From Chiloscyllium plagiosum (lineage: Eukaryota), in assembly GCF_004010195.1 (NCBI RefSeq), contig NC_057719.1, positions 32,398,259 to 32,430,297 on the forward strand: a stretch of DNA of 32,039 nucleotides, read 5' to 3'. Each line of letters starts with the position of its first letter. Positions within the stretch are counted from its first letter, which is position 1. Of this stretch, positions 11,587-23,150 are shown piece by piece. Below the pieces are notes generated by a model, which did no database searches, was not told where the DNA came from, and saw only the letters and a list, made by a program, of their open reading frames with translations. The position numbers were made by a program, and so were the translations under genes.

Positions 11587-12880
11587 CATAGAGTCATAGA
11601 GATGTACAGTATGGAAACAGTTCCTTCGGTCCAACTTGTCCATGCTGACCAGATATCCCAACCCAATCTAGTCCCACCTGCCAGCACCCGGTCTATATCC
11701 CTCTAAACCTTTCCTTTTCATATACCTATCCAGATGTCTTTTAAATGTTGCATTTGTACTAGACGCCACCACTTCCTCTGGAAGCCCATTCCACACACAC
11801 ACACCACCCTCTGTGTGAAAAAGTTGCACCCTTCGGTCCCTTTTATATCTTTCCCCTCTCACCCTAAACCTATGCCCTCTAGTTCTGGACTCCCCCACAT
11901 CTATTTACCCTATCCATGTCCCTCATGATTTTATACACTCCTATAACGTCACCCTCCAGCCGATTCAACCTCTCCCTATAGCTCATATCCTCCAGCCCTG
12001 GCAACATGCTTGCAAATCTTTTCTGAACCCTTTCAAGTTTCACAAAATCCTTCCAATAGGAAGGAGACCAGAATTGCATGCAATATTCCAACAGTGGCCT
12101 AACCAGTGTCCTGTACAGCCGCAACATGACCTTCCAACTCCTATACTCAATGCTCTAACCAATAAAGAAAAGCATATCAAACGCCTTCTTCACTACCTAA
12201 CTCACCTGCAACTCTACTTTCAAGGAGCTACGAACCTGCACTCCAAGGTTTCTTTGTTCAGCAACACTCCCTAAGACCTTATCATTAAGTGTATAAGTAC
12301 TGCCCTAATTTGCCTTTCCAAAATGCACACCTCACATTTATCTAAATTAAACTCCATCTGCCACTCCTCAGTCCATTGGCCCATCTGAACAAGATCTCAT
12401 TATAATCTGAGGTAATCTTCTTTGCTGTCCACTACAGCTCCAATTTTGGTATCATCAGCAAACTTATTAACTAAACCTCTTCAGCTCATATCCAAATCAT
12501 TTATATAAATGATGAAAAGTAGTTGACCCAGCACCGCTCGTTGTGGCACACTACTGGTCACAGACATCCAGTCTGAAAAGCAACCTTCCGCCACCACCCT
12601 CTGTCTGCTACCTTTGAGCCAGTTCTGAATCCGAATGGCTAGTTCTCCCTGTATTTCATGCAATCTAACCTTGCTAACCAGTCTCCCATGGAGTACCTTG
12701 TCAAACACCTTACTGAAATCCATTTAGATCATGTCTACAGGGTTGCCCTCATCAATCCTCTTTGTTACTTCTTCAAAAAACTCAATTAATTTTGTGAGAC
12801 ATGATTTACCTCACACAAAGCCATGTTGACTATCCCTAATCAGTCCTTGCCCTTCCAAATACATGAACATCCTGTCCCTC
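11587..12880 (-). mobile_element. 5'-truncated CR1 (HER1-type) LINE
   Basis: Minus-strand MDFSKVFDKV, YINDLD, LYRTLVRPLLEYC, YRERLNRL and WNGLPEEVV, with a (TCTATGAC)n tail at 11587-11602. Confidence 0.93.
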
Positions 12881-12918
12881 AGTTCTGATGAAGAGTTACC
12901 AGACACAAAATGTTAACT
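12881..12918 (+). ncRNA. Degenerate minimal hammerhead motif (family C)
   Basis: Stem I AGTT/AACT flanks CTGATGA (12885-12891). The expected CGAAACG reads CAAAATG, consistent with CpG decay. Likely inactive. Confidence 0.55.
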
Positions 12919-13215
12919 CTACTTTCTACCCACAGATGCTGCCAGACCTACTGAGTTTCACAAGTTAATTTTGTTTTCATTTCATAAATATTTATGGACT
13001 TGCTTTGAATGTTTCATGGTTTAGATCATCATTTAAATTCTCTCTATGCCTCTGCCTTTTCTATAAACTGAGATTTTAAGGCTGCATATTGACCCTGAGG
13101 TGGCATGGTGACATTGTGTCGGTAATACAATGTCATTTTAAATGACCAAGCTTGCTAATGTGGCAGCTGTATAGAATTTTCATTCTTCAGTGTACTTTCC
13201 TGCCATTGAATGTTA

Positions 13216-13517
13216 GGGGCAGCACAGTGGCTCAGTGGTTAGCACTGCTGCCTCACAGTGCCAGGGACCCAGGTTCGATTCTAACCTTGGATGACTGTCT
13301 GTGTGAAGTTTGCACATTCTCCCCGTGTTTGTGTGGGTTTCCTCCGGGTGCTCCGGTTTCCTCCCACAGTCCAAAGGATGTGCAGGTCAGGTGAATTGGC
13401 CATGCTAAATTGCCCATAGTGTTATGGAAATGGGTCTGGGTGGGTTACTCTTTGGAGGGTCGGTGTGGACTGGCTGGGCTGAAGGGCCTATTTCCACACT
13501 GTAGGGAATCTAATTTA
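13216..13517 (+). mobile_element. HE1-type V-SINE, full length
   Basis: tRNA-like head with A box TGGCTCAGTGG and B box GGTTCGATTC, V-domain GGGTTTCCTCCGGGTGCTCCGGTTTCCTCCCAC, and CR1-like tail. Confidence 0.92.
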
Positions 13518-13725
13518 AATAAAACATTTGTCTGCTCTCCATATGAGGGAGCAAAGTGAGGATAACTTGTCATTGGGACTGTGGTTCAATCTCACACCAG
13601 ATCCTGCTGGTGAGTAACAGATGAGTACTAAACAACTTTATCATATGCATTTGTCCCCTAATGGTCCAAATTTTTAATTGGTCTAAATGGATCTTATAAA
13701 AACTGTCAGGGTATGGGGCATTACT

Positions 13726-13843
13726 TAGATTAGATTAGATTACTCACAGTGTGGAAACAGGCCTTTCGGCCCAACAAGTCCACACCAACCCTCTGAAGAG
13801 CAACCCACCCAGACCCATTCCCTTACATTTATCCCTTCACCTA
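13726..13843 (-). mobile_element. HE1-type SINE 3' fragment
   Basis: (TTAGA)n tail plus CAGTGTGGAAACAGGCCTTTCGGCCCAACAAGTCCACACC. Confidence 0.85.
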
Positions 13844-13979
13844 TTGTTGGTAAAAATCCATCATTGATTTCACTGCCACCATGACAGTGGTCTTGGGTTT
13901 CTTTTCTTAATTGTTGACAGGTTTTTGTCAATAGTACACTGTTGCCTACCTTTTTTTGATACCTTCTAATCAACTTAGT

Positions 13980-14390
13980 CAGAGAAGTAAGATAGATGAA
14001 TAGATGAAGTCAAGTTTGTGGAGGTTGAAAAGCAGGAACATGGGTAAAATCAAACCTGCAGGCCACAGAGGAGTGTGGCATGGCCTCAGCAACAGCTAAC
14101 TTGGGACAATGTCAGAAATAAGTGATATTGAATGGGTGGAAGGAAACAGTGTTATTGATATGAAGGAGACAAAATCAGAAACTCAGGTCAGGACCATAGA
14201 AGATGCTAATGTTGCAAGCCCCTTGTTCAACACTCAGCAGTGGACAGGGAGGGTGACAAAGTCAGTGGTTACAGGGCATGAAATTTGTATCTTTGGTCTT
14301 CCTGACATTTACTTGAAGAAAATTTCTATTCATCAAATACAGGATGTCAGACCTCCGCAAGATAATTTGCAATTAAGATGCTCTTAACAT
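13980..14390 (-). mobile_element. Old L2 LINE RT fragment
   Basis: TGGTCTTCCTGACATTTACTTGAAGAAAATTTCTATTCATCAAATACAGGATGTCAGAC resembles the reverse complement of the L2 segment encoding W....FL.LN..KTE. Confidence 0.55.
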
Positions 14391-15958
14391 TATAGCATGC
14401 AGATTCTGTGACTGTGTATAGTAAGTTCCCTATTTTTATACTGTCTGTGGCAAAGCTGTCTTGATTCTGAACACTCACTGGCAGTAGTGGAGGATGGTAT
14501 TGAAATGGCACTTACACAGCATGCAGGATGACAGGTGCTGTGAACCAGCCTGTGCGCCTAACCCTTTGGGAACAGATTTCACTGAAAAAAGACCTTTAGT
14601 TTTCCACAGATTCTATGCAACCTGATCTGAAGTTGATCAAATGCATTTCACCAGGGGAGTGAAAGTTAACTGCTAGAGCTCTAGGAATTGCAAACAATAG
14701 TATCGGGCCCCACCAATCCCTATTCCATTGTAGCAGACAGGCCTGCTGTTGAACTGTTAACATGTGCAATGTTAACCATTTTGCAGTACACTTTCCGGTT
14801 CAGAAAGTTTCGGCTTTGGCTGGGACACTGATTACTCACTGTTTAAAATAACCGATAGGTTTAAATTCCTTTTCTGAAGCTGAAATTTCTTAGGTTCAAC
14901 CCAAGCCACTGAGATGGAATTTCTGCTCACAGCCTCAAACCCACCATGACACGATTATATTTAGCTTGAAAGTGACTTGGTCCAGGAACTCAGTCCAGCA
15001 TCAGGGAGCTCAGCTACGCCTGATGTGATTTCTTGGGTCAAACACTCCTGCTAGTATGATATGATCTGAGAGCTGATCGGTATTTTAGCTCACGCAACGT
15101 ATACCATAAAATTCTTTTTGAGACAGAGGTCTTTTAAGTTTATCACAACACAAAGTAGGTACGTTACTGTGGTGTCACAGAATTTTGCATCGTCTGGGTT
15201 CTATGCTTACTGTTGTTACTGTATGTTACATACAGAAACTGATGGAACAAACTACACTGACTCCATTGCACTGAGAGAGTGACTAAAAGTGACATACGTG
15301 CTTTGATAATGCTTTTATCATTTCGCGATGTCATGTAACTTCCTTAAAAGTAGACAGCTGTCTAGTCTGGTATCTATGCCAACTTGTTTCTCTTTAAAGG
15401 ATGGGAATCATTTTCCAACAAAATGCACAAGGATACATATGAATACCTTTTCTCTACAGATTCAGCTAATACCTTGATGAGTGTCCTTTGTATAATTATT
15501 ATAATTTACTTGTGTACCTTCATACTCTGGTGCAATGTTGGTCATCTCAGATGGATGTGTATCACTTATCATTGATGTGTGGCTGTTATCTTCTAGTTTT
15601 GAGTTGTAATTCTGTGTGACAGGTTGGATCTGTTACTTATTCCTTTGCAAGACTTGACTATCGCACAATACAATGTCAGATGACTGAGGCTGCATTCTCG
15701 ATGCATCTGTCCACTACTCCACATGGTCAGGTAGAAATTTCAAACTCTTACGTTTTATCCTGGTTTAAGTTTGGATAACAGTCTGCATGCTCATCGACCA
15801 TGCTTTTGTGCTGTCTTCTCTCTTCTTTTGAACAATCATGAACATGTGATTGAATGTTGAGTGCATTAGACAGAAGAACTGTGTGGATCTCTCTTTCAAA
15901 CATAAGAGTTGCCAGTGAAGGTAAACCATTGTCTTAATGAGTACAACATAGATTTAGC

Positions 15959-16287
15959 ATAGATTAGATTAGATTTCCTACAGTATGGAAACAGGCCCTT
16001 CGGCCTAACAAGTTCACACTGACCCTTCGAAGAGTAACCTACCCAGACCTATTCCCTATTTTTACACCTGACTAATGCACCTAACACTTGGGCAATTTAG
16101 CATGGCCAGTTCACCTGACCTGCACATCTTTGAATTGTGGGAGGAAGCCAAAGCACCTGGAGGAAACCCACGCAGACACAGGGAGAATGTGCAAAAACTA
16201 CACAGACACTCGCTCGAGGTAGGTATCAAACCTAGGTCCCTGGCACTCTGAAGCAGCAGTGCTAACCACTGAGCCATTGTGCCACCC
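15959..16287 (-). mobile_element. HE1-type V-SINE, full length
   Basis: Reverse complement of head (GGGTGGCACAATGGCTCAGTGGTTAGC), V-domain and (TCTAA)n tail. Confidence 0.92.
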
Positions 16288-16789
16288 ACAATCCAAAAAT
16301 GGTAGTGACTCACTTTAATTTGACTATCATTAATTTTGTTATATGAGCAATGCGTTTTGTCTGATCGGTCAAAGGAGGGTAGTCAAGAGAAGTAGTAATA
16401 TGTTGAACAAAGCATTTTCTGAACATGTCTTGGAAAGAGTACACTATTGTTCTGCAGAACATTGTCAGGTACAGTTTTTTGAGGTACACTGAGCAATCAT
16501 ATAATTAGCAATTCCCTCTAATTCTTTTCTTTGGTGTGTGGATGTCCCAAATCTGTGCGCAACAGTGACTTCTGAAACTGGATGATAATGCATGGGCATG
16601 TGTGTGGAATCTCAGAAGAGCCTCAGAGCAGCTGGGCAGCTTAGAGGGAACGCTTACTAATGGTGTCCTTGATTTGTCATACGTGAGGAAAATTGGAGAT
16701 TTTGTTATTCACCAGCATGTAATTGTGCTCTTAGATATATGAAATATCAGTGGCAATCTTGCACAAAGCTCAAAAGGAATCTGGTGTGG

Positions 16790-18780
16790 AAGGAAAGTTT
16801 CTCTCAATTGTGTGGTTTGATGGAATGACTGAATGTTGTTGCCGTAATCTTTAGTAAGAAATAGATGCCTGCTGAGATAGTACATGTACTGCCTTTAGTT
16901 TTCCAAAATTCGCTAGATTCGGAAAGGTCACAATGTATTTTCAAATACTAAATATGACTTTGTTATTCAAGAAACGAGGGAAAAAGAAAACAGGGAACTG
17001 CAGGCCAATTCGTTTAATATCTGCCAGAGGGAAAATGCTGGAATATATTTTTAAGAAGGTCAGACTGAGCAATTAGAAAACCTCAGTGGAACCAATAAGA
17101 GTCAACATGGTTTTGTGAAGGAGACAATATGTTTGACTAATTTATTGGAATTCTTTGAGGAAGTAACAAAACATAGATAATGGGGAACCCTATGGGTTTG
17201 TTCTACTTAGACTCACAGAAAGGATTTAAAAAGATGCCACATCAAAGATTATTCTGCAAAATAAGAGCCTATGGTGTAGGCAGTAACATGCAAGTATGGA
17301 TAAAGGAATGATTAGCTAGCTGGAAACATAAATTAGGCATAAATCAGTCATTTTAAGATTGACAAGTGGACTGCACCGGGGTCAGTGTTAAGACTCAACA
17401 TTTTACAATTCATAATTAATGATGAAGGGACTAAATGTGTGGCAGCTATGTTTGCTTATAACACAAGTATAAGAAGGAAGGTAAGTTGTGAAGAGGACAT
17501 AAGGAGTCTGTAAATGAATGTTGATAGGTCAAGTAAGTTCGGAATTTTTTGTCAAATGGAGTATATTGTAGTTAAATTCTAATTTGGAAGCAAGTTTGTA
17601 AAGGAGCATAATTAACTAAATGGGCAAAGAATGCAGATCTCTGATATACAAAGGGATTGGGGTGTCCTGGTATGTAAATCACATAGTTATACACAGACAC
17701 AGCAAGTGATTAAGAAGGCAATTTTTTAAACTGTAAGACAATTGGAATTAAAGGAATGTAGAAGTAGAGGATAAAAGTGAAATTAAAAAAGTATAAAAAA
17801 TGTAAAATATAAAATATAAAAGATCCGTATTTTTTCTATAGCTGTACAGAGCATCAGTGAGACCACATCTCATAAAATCCAGAGAATCACAGAATTCCCA
17901 AAGGGTGTAAACAGGCCATTTGGCCCAACAGTCCACACCAACTCTCCAAAGAGCATCCCACCCAGACCCACACCCTACCCTATCCCTGTAACCCTGCATT
18001 TCCCACAGCTTATCCACTTAATTTTACACATCCCTGAACATTATGAGTAGTTTAGTATGGCCAACCTACCTGACCTACACATCTTTGGACTGTGGGAGGA
18101 TAACTGAGCACCTGGAGGACACCCACACAGACACGGGGAGAATGTGCAAACTCCACACTGACAGTCTCCTGAGGTTGAAATCGAACCCAAGTCCCTGGTG
18201 CTATGAGGCAGCAGTGTTAAGCACTAAGCCACCATGATGCTCTCAGGACATCTGGACTACTATACATACTTATGGTCTAATTATTTTAAAAAATGATACA
18301 AGTACATTTTGGAACAGTTCACAGAAGTTCACTTGACTGATAACTAGGATAGATAGTTACATTATAATGAAAGATTGGACAGGTTGGGCTGAGACCTATT
18401 GGATTTTGGCACAACACAAATGTTCTTATTGGGACATATAAGATCCTGAGGGGACTTGATGGGATACTTTCCCCTTGTACAAGAGACTAGAATGTGGGAC
18501 ACAGCTAAGGAGTAAAATGTCTTATATCCAAAACTCAAGTGAAGGGAGGTTGTTTACTTAGTCGGTCTTTGAAACTCTCTTCCCTAGAGAGTGGTGGAGT
18601 TAGTGTTGTTGAATATTTTTAAGAAAAAGATAGATACATTCTTGAATAATACTTGAGTTAAAGGTTATTGGGATAGGCAGAAATATAGAGGTATGGCTGC
18701 AGTCAGATCTTACTGAATAGCATGGTAGGATTGAGAGGTGGGATGGCCTACTCCTGCTCCTAATTCATATGCATTTTTAA
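16790..18780 (+). mobile_element. Old 5'-truncated CR1 LINE, interrupted by an HE1 SINE
   Basis: Degenerate LFKKRGKKKTGNCRPI, QHGFVK..CLTNLLEFFEEVT and MFAYNTS (FADDTK-like), with a 3' tail GATGGCCTACTCCTGCTCCTAATTC. Confidence 0.8.
17871..18243 (-). mobile_element. HE1-type V-SINE
   Basis: V-domain and head on the minus strand, flanked by the short direct repeat ACATCT (17865-17870 and 18248-18253). Confidence 0.88.
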
Positions 18781-18974
18781 ATTCTGATCTTTGTTTTCAA
18801 ATTCTTCTAAGTACTCCTATCTACCTATTCCTGGCATCTCCTTCAGACCCACAACTGATCATGATATCCACACTCATAATTTCAGTGTCTCAAGAATCCT
18901 TGATTTTAAGCTATTCACAATTGATAGTGTTTAGCTCCCAACATCCTAAAATCTAGGATTCTCAACATAAAAAA

Positions 18975-20055
18975 GACTTAGATGTGAACATAGGAGATAT
19001 GTTTAGTGTGTTTGCAGATGGCACAAAAATTGGATGTATAGTGGACAGCTAAGAAGGTTACCTCAGAGTACAATGAGACCTTGATCAGATGGAGAAAGTG
19101 ACGACTGAAAATGCTGGAGAGCCAGAGTCAAAAAGTGTGGCACTGGAAAAGCACAGCAGGTCAGACAGCATCTGAGCACCAGGAGAGTCAACATTTTGAG
19201 TATAAGCCCTTCACCATGATCAGATGGGCCAATGGGCTGAAGAGTTGCAGTTGGAGTTTATTTAGATAAATGTGAGATGCTGCATTTTGGAAAGGCAAAA
19301 CAGGGCAGGACTTAAACACTTAATGGTAAAGATCTGGGGAGTGTTATTGAACCAAGAGATCTTGGAGTGCAGTTCTTAGTTCCTTGAATGTGGAATCGTA
19401 GGTGCACAGGAAGTGAAGAAGACCTTTGGTATGCTTGTCTCTATTGGTCAGTGCATTGTGTATAGGATTTGGGAGGTCATGTTGTAGCTGTACAGGACAT
19501 TGGTTAGGCCAATTTTGAATTCTGCGTGCAATTCTGGTCTCCTTCCTATCAGAAGCATGTTGTGAGACTTGAAAGGGTTCAGAAAAGACTTACAAGAAGG
19601 TTGCCAGGGTTGGAGGGTTTGAGCTATAGGGAGAGGCTGAATAAGCTGGGGCTATTTTCTCTGTAGTGAAAAAGGCTGAAGGATGACCTTATAGAGATTT
19701 ATCAAATCATGAGGGACCTGGATATGGTGGATAGACAAGGTCCTTTTCCTGGGATCGTGGAGTCCAAAACCAGAAGGGACAGGTTTAAGGTGAGAGCGGA
19801 AAGATTTGGCAGGGACCTAAGGGGCAACTTTTACACGCAGTGGGTGGTGCATGTATGGAATGAGCTGCTAGAGGTGGAGTTTGGTACAATTATGACATTT
19901 AAAAAGCATCTGGATAGGTAAAAGAAAAGGAAGGGTTTGGAGGGATATGGGTCAAATGCTGGCAAATGGGACTAGATTAATTTTAGATATCTGGTCAGCA
20001 TAGACGAGTTGGACCAAAGGGTCTGTTTCCATGTTGTACAGCTCTATTACTCTAT
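18975..20055 (+). mobile_element. 5'-truncated CR1 (HER1-type) LINE
   Basis: VFADGTKIG, KCEMLHFGK, YRERLNKLGLFSL and VVHVWNEL, with tail GGGTCTGTTTCCATG...CTCTATTACTCTAT. Confidence 0.92.
19093..19216 (-). mobile_element. Short PLE-terminus insertion (family A, diverged) inside CR1
   Basis: 11-bp TSD TGATCAGATGG at 19082-19092 and 19217-19227. It spans the family A terminus from the HHR core to CACTTTCTCC. Confidence 0.85.
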
Positions 20056-20149
20056 TTTCTTCTTTATTGCACTTCTGAAAGTCTAGCTAATTGAGTAAAC
20101 ATTTGATCATTTGCCCTAGTATCTCCATATGTGGTTTGTTATCAAATTT

Positions 20150-20487
20150 CATAGAATCCCTGCAGTGTGGAAACAGGCCATTTGGCCCATCATGTCCATA
20201 CCAATCCTCCAAAGAGCATCCCAGGTCTGTACATCATCCCTGTAACCTTGCATTTTTCCCATGACTAATCCATCTAGCCAGCATATTCCTGGACACTATG
20301 AGCAATTTAGCATGGCCAATCCACCTATCCCACACGTCTTTGGACTGTGGGAGGAAACCAGAGTACTCAGAGGAAACCCACGCAGACACGGGGAGAACGT
20401 GCAAACACCACAAAGACAGTCTCCCGACGGTGGAATCAAACCGGGGTCCCTGGTGTTGTGAATGAGCAGTGCTAACCTCTGAGCCCC
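20150..20487 (-). mobile_element. HE1-type V-SINE
   Basis: GTGGGAGGAAACCAGAG...GGAAACCCACGCAGACACGGGGAGAA V-domain, with head and tail on the minus strand. Confidence 0.9.
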
Positions 20488-21605
20488 TAACTTTAAATCC
20501 TTTGTGAAGCACTTTGGGATGTTATAGCACGTCAAAGGTGCTATACAAATACATATTTTTGCTGTGCACTGTAACAGTGATTGAAAATTAAAGTGTTTTG
20601 CCTTGACAGTCTGAAGGTGTTACCTTCAGGGAGAGAGATTTTTCAGCTGGCTAATGGAGCACTCGAATCTTTCAGAGGGAGAAAGTAATTGAAAAATGAA
20701 TGAACAAAATCCTTCGACCATAAAACTGTTTAAAATTGGTAAGTGTTTATTCTGCAAGACATTGCTTCAGTTGCTTATTGGGCTCTTTCCTATCATTTAT
20801 TACATTCATCCTCTAAAAGGGCATTTATCTTTGGAGATTTGCCAAGCCCTCAATGTTAGATCTTTCAAAGAACAAGATGGGATTGATGTTGGGAAACAAT
20901 TGATACTTCCTCAGTTATGATTCCTGAGGCCCCTCATGCCCCTCATGACCACATCATGCCTACAGGACACATGTTTTATTTAGATCAAGATTATTATTAG
21001 ATTACAGGCAGAGATGATGAAGTCGAGGGTTGTTTATCTAGAGACATCAGGAGGCTTCCTTCAAGTTGCCCGTTCTCACAGTAAAGAAGCAGGATCTGTA
21101 GTCAGATGTAGAAGGATATCAGATGAGGAAAAATGCTGAGAATTATAAGAAAGCTCCGAAAGAGGGAGAGCTATCTCAATGCTTTGCAGCAAGTGATAGG
21201 TTGTATGTTCCAGTTACCAAACCTCTTATTAGTAAGAGTTGCTATTTATTTCCTGTATCAAACCTCTCAATTCTACACATCATTCATTGCATCTTTCCTT
21301 CAGCTTTTCTGCTTTAAGGTGAACCATCCCTCCAGACCTCATTACATCCTTCAGCACATTTTGCTTCTTATGTGAATGGCAATTCCAATGATTCTGGCCA
21401 CTTCAGTACCACTTACATATTTGGAATGGAGATCAAAAGCTGCTGTTATCAAAATACACTGTCAAAACATACCAAATCTGATAATAAAGAAGGTCATCTA
21501 AGTAAAAATTACCTTCCATTTATTCCAAATCCAAATAATTAGCCATTGTACTTGTCTTAAAACTGTATCTTTACTCATTCTATGGGTTGCTCCTTCTCCT
21601 CTGCA

Positions 21606-21650
21606 CTCTCTGCCTCTCTGTCTCTCTCTGTCTCTCTCTCTCTCTCTCTC
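21606..21650. repeat. (CT)n microsatellite
   Basis: Imperfect, then perfect, CT dinucleotide run. Confidence 0.95.
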
Positions 21651-22864
21651 ACTCACACGTGGTCTTGGCAGAGCCAATGGATGTTTACTGAACCATGGAT
21701 GGCAACTCCACAAATGCTCTTGATCAGTGCCATTTGCCATTGCACCTTAGTTGCTGGAGGAAGCGTCAGTGTGCTGGACCTTGGCTAAAGGACTGGTGGT
21801 AAAGAAGCTGTGCCGAATTCCTGCCATAAAACAGCTTGTGCCTCTGTTGTTGTGCCGCTGCCTCTGCCGTGCAGATACCATTAATCATTTTCACTCATCT
21901 GTTGGGAAAGAAACCGCAGAAGGGAGGCGATTCCTTCAAAGGTCCTCTTTACTCTGCCCACCGATCTCTCTGAGGTAAAGCCCAGAAAATGCCATTTGTG
22001 TTTCCAAACAAAAGCTGCACACATTGTCAGCAGTGATTCTGGGTTTTGTGCAAGCTCAGAATGCAGTGTGATCACATTCTCCTGGGTGAGTTGTACAGTG
22101 CTGATGCCATTGTAACACACAGCATGGAATGCCTCCTCCTTCAGTCATTGAGGTGTACTCACACTTGCAGCTCTTGTGAGGTAGTGAAGGATTTCTGTAG
22201 TGAAGTGACACCCAGGATTGAAGCTCATAGCACTAAAACCTCTCAGCACTTCTGACTACTCTTACACAACTGCTGTTATTCTGCAGAGAAGAGGACATCC
22301 AGCATTGCTTTAACTCGTTCCAGTGACACATCCAGAGACATGGCTGAAAGATGTGAAGCTCACAACTGTCAGAAACAAATATTTCTGAGTCTGACAGTCA
22401 GAAATCCACGCAAGATATGAAACCTCACTTCACGAACTATCAGCTTGTCACTCACCTCACCTCATCCACATGTGACCCAAATTAAAATGACTATACACAA
22501 CTAAGCTTAGTAAGTACTCAAAGTTGTTTATGTGTAGTATTTTCAATTTCAATTATATTGTTCAGCAAGAAATGGAAATAATGCAGTGTTTGGTACCAAA
22601 GGAAATGTTCTGTGAATAAAGACTCTCCTGTGCTTGAATCACTCTCCATCTCCTAATTCGCTAAGTACTGTAGTACAGTACAGCTACAAGACTAAATTAA
22701 CAAATGAGAAGCTCAAATCCCACAATGGTAAGTTGAGAAATAGAGTTCAATAAGTGTAGTCATTTGTGGGAATGCAACAGGGAAAATTATAATGAAAACT
22801 GCACTATTGTTCATTAATCTGTGAACAATAAAACATACCTATTTTTATTCAGTTATGTGATCAT

Positions 22865-23150
22865 GATGTTGTTGGTAAGGCCAACATTTATTATTCATCC
22901 CTCATCGTCTTTGAGAAGGTAGACTGCAGTCCATGTGGTGAACTTTCTACATTGTGGTGTTAGGGAGTGAGACCTGGGATTTTGATCGATAACAGTGAAG
23001 GCCTGGTAACATGTAAGTGAGGTTAGTGTGTGACTTGCAGGGGAACTTGCACATTGTGGAGTCTGTAACATGCTGTCCTTGTACTTCAGGCTGATGGAGG
23101 TCATGGGTTTGGGACGAACCTTGGTGAGTTGCGGCAGTGCATCTAGTGGA
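22865..23150 (-). mobile_element. Old CR1/L2-group LINE 3' fragment
   Basis: GGCCAACATTTATT..CATCCCT..TTGAGAAGGT tail. The minus frame gives CKFPCKSHTNLT, typical of a shark LINE C-terminus. Confidence 0.6.

Larger units (their letters stand above)
9895..12985 (+). mobile_element. Penelope-like element (family C), RT through terminal repeat, interrupted by three insertions
   Basis: HSLFQSY...QYIDDIIG (RT motif), KPSDSHSYLDYTSSH (thumb), CRRCNT linker at about 10710-10730, and GIY-YIG remnant YCIHCSQCGFLYTGETK at about 10815-10870. The 3' UTR resumes at about 12880 with a hammerhead-like motif and a terminus (cagatgctgccagacct). Confidence 0.88.
18785..20560 (+). mobile_element. Old L2 LINE 3' end, split into three pieces by later insertions
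   Basis: Pieces 18785-18965, 20060-20149 and 20490-20560 join into an L2-like 3' end finishing in TGTGAAGCACTTTGGGATG...AAAGGTGCTATACAAAT. Confidence 0.6.

Noticed and set aside
13216..13290. tRNA gene-like A and B boxes
   Set aside because: This is a SINE head followed by a V-domain and LINE tail, not a tRNA gene.
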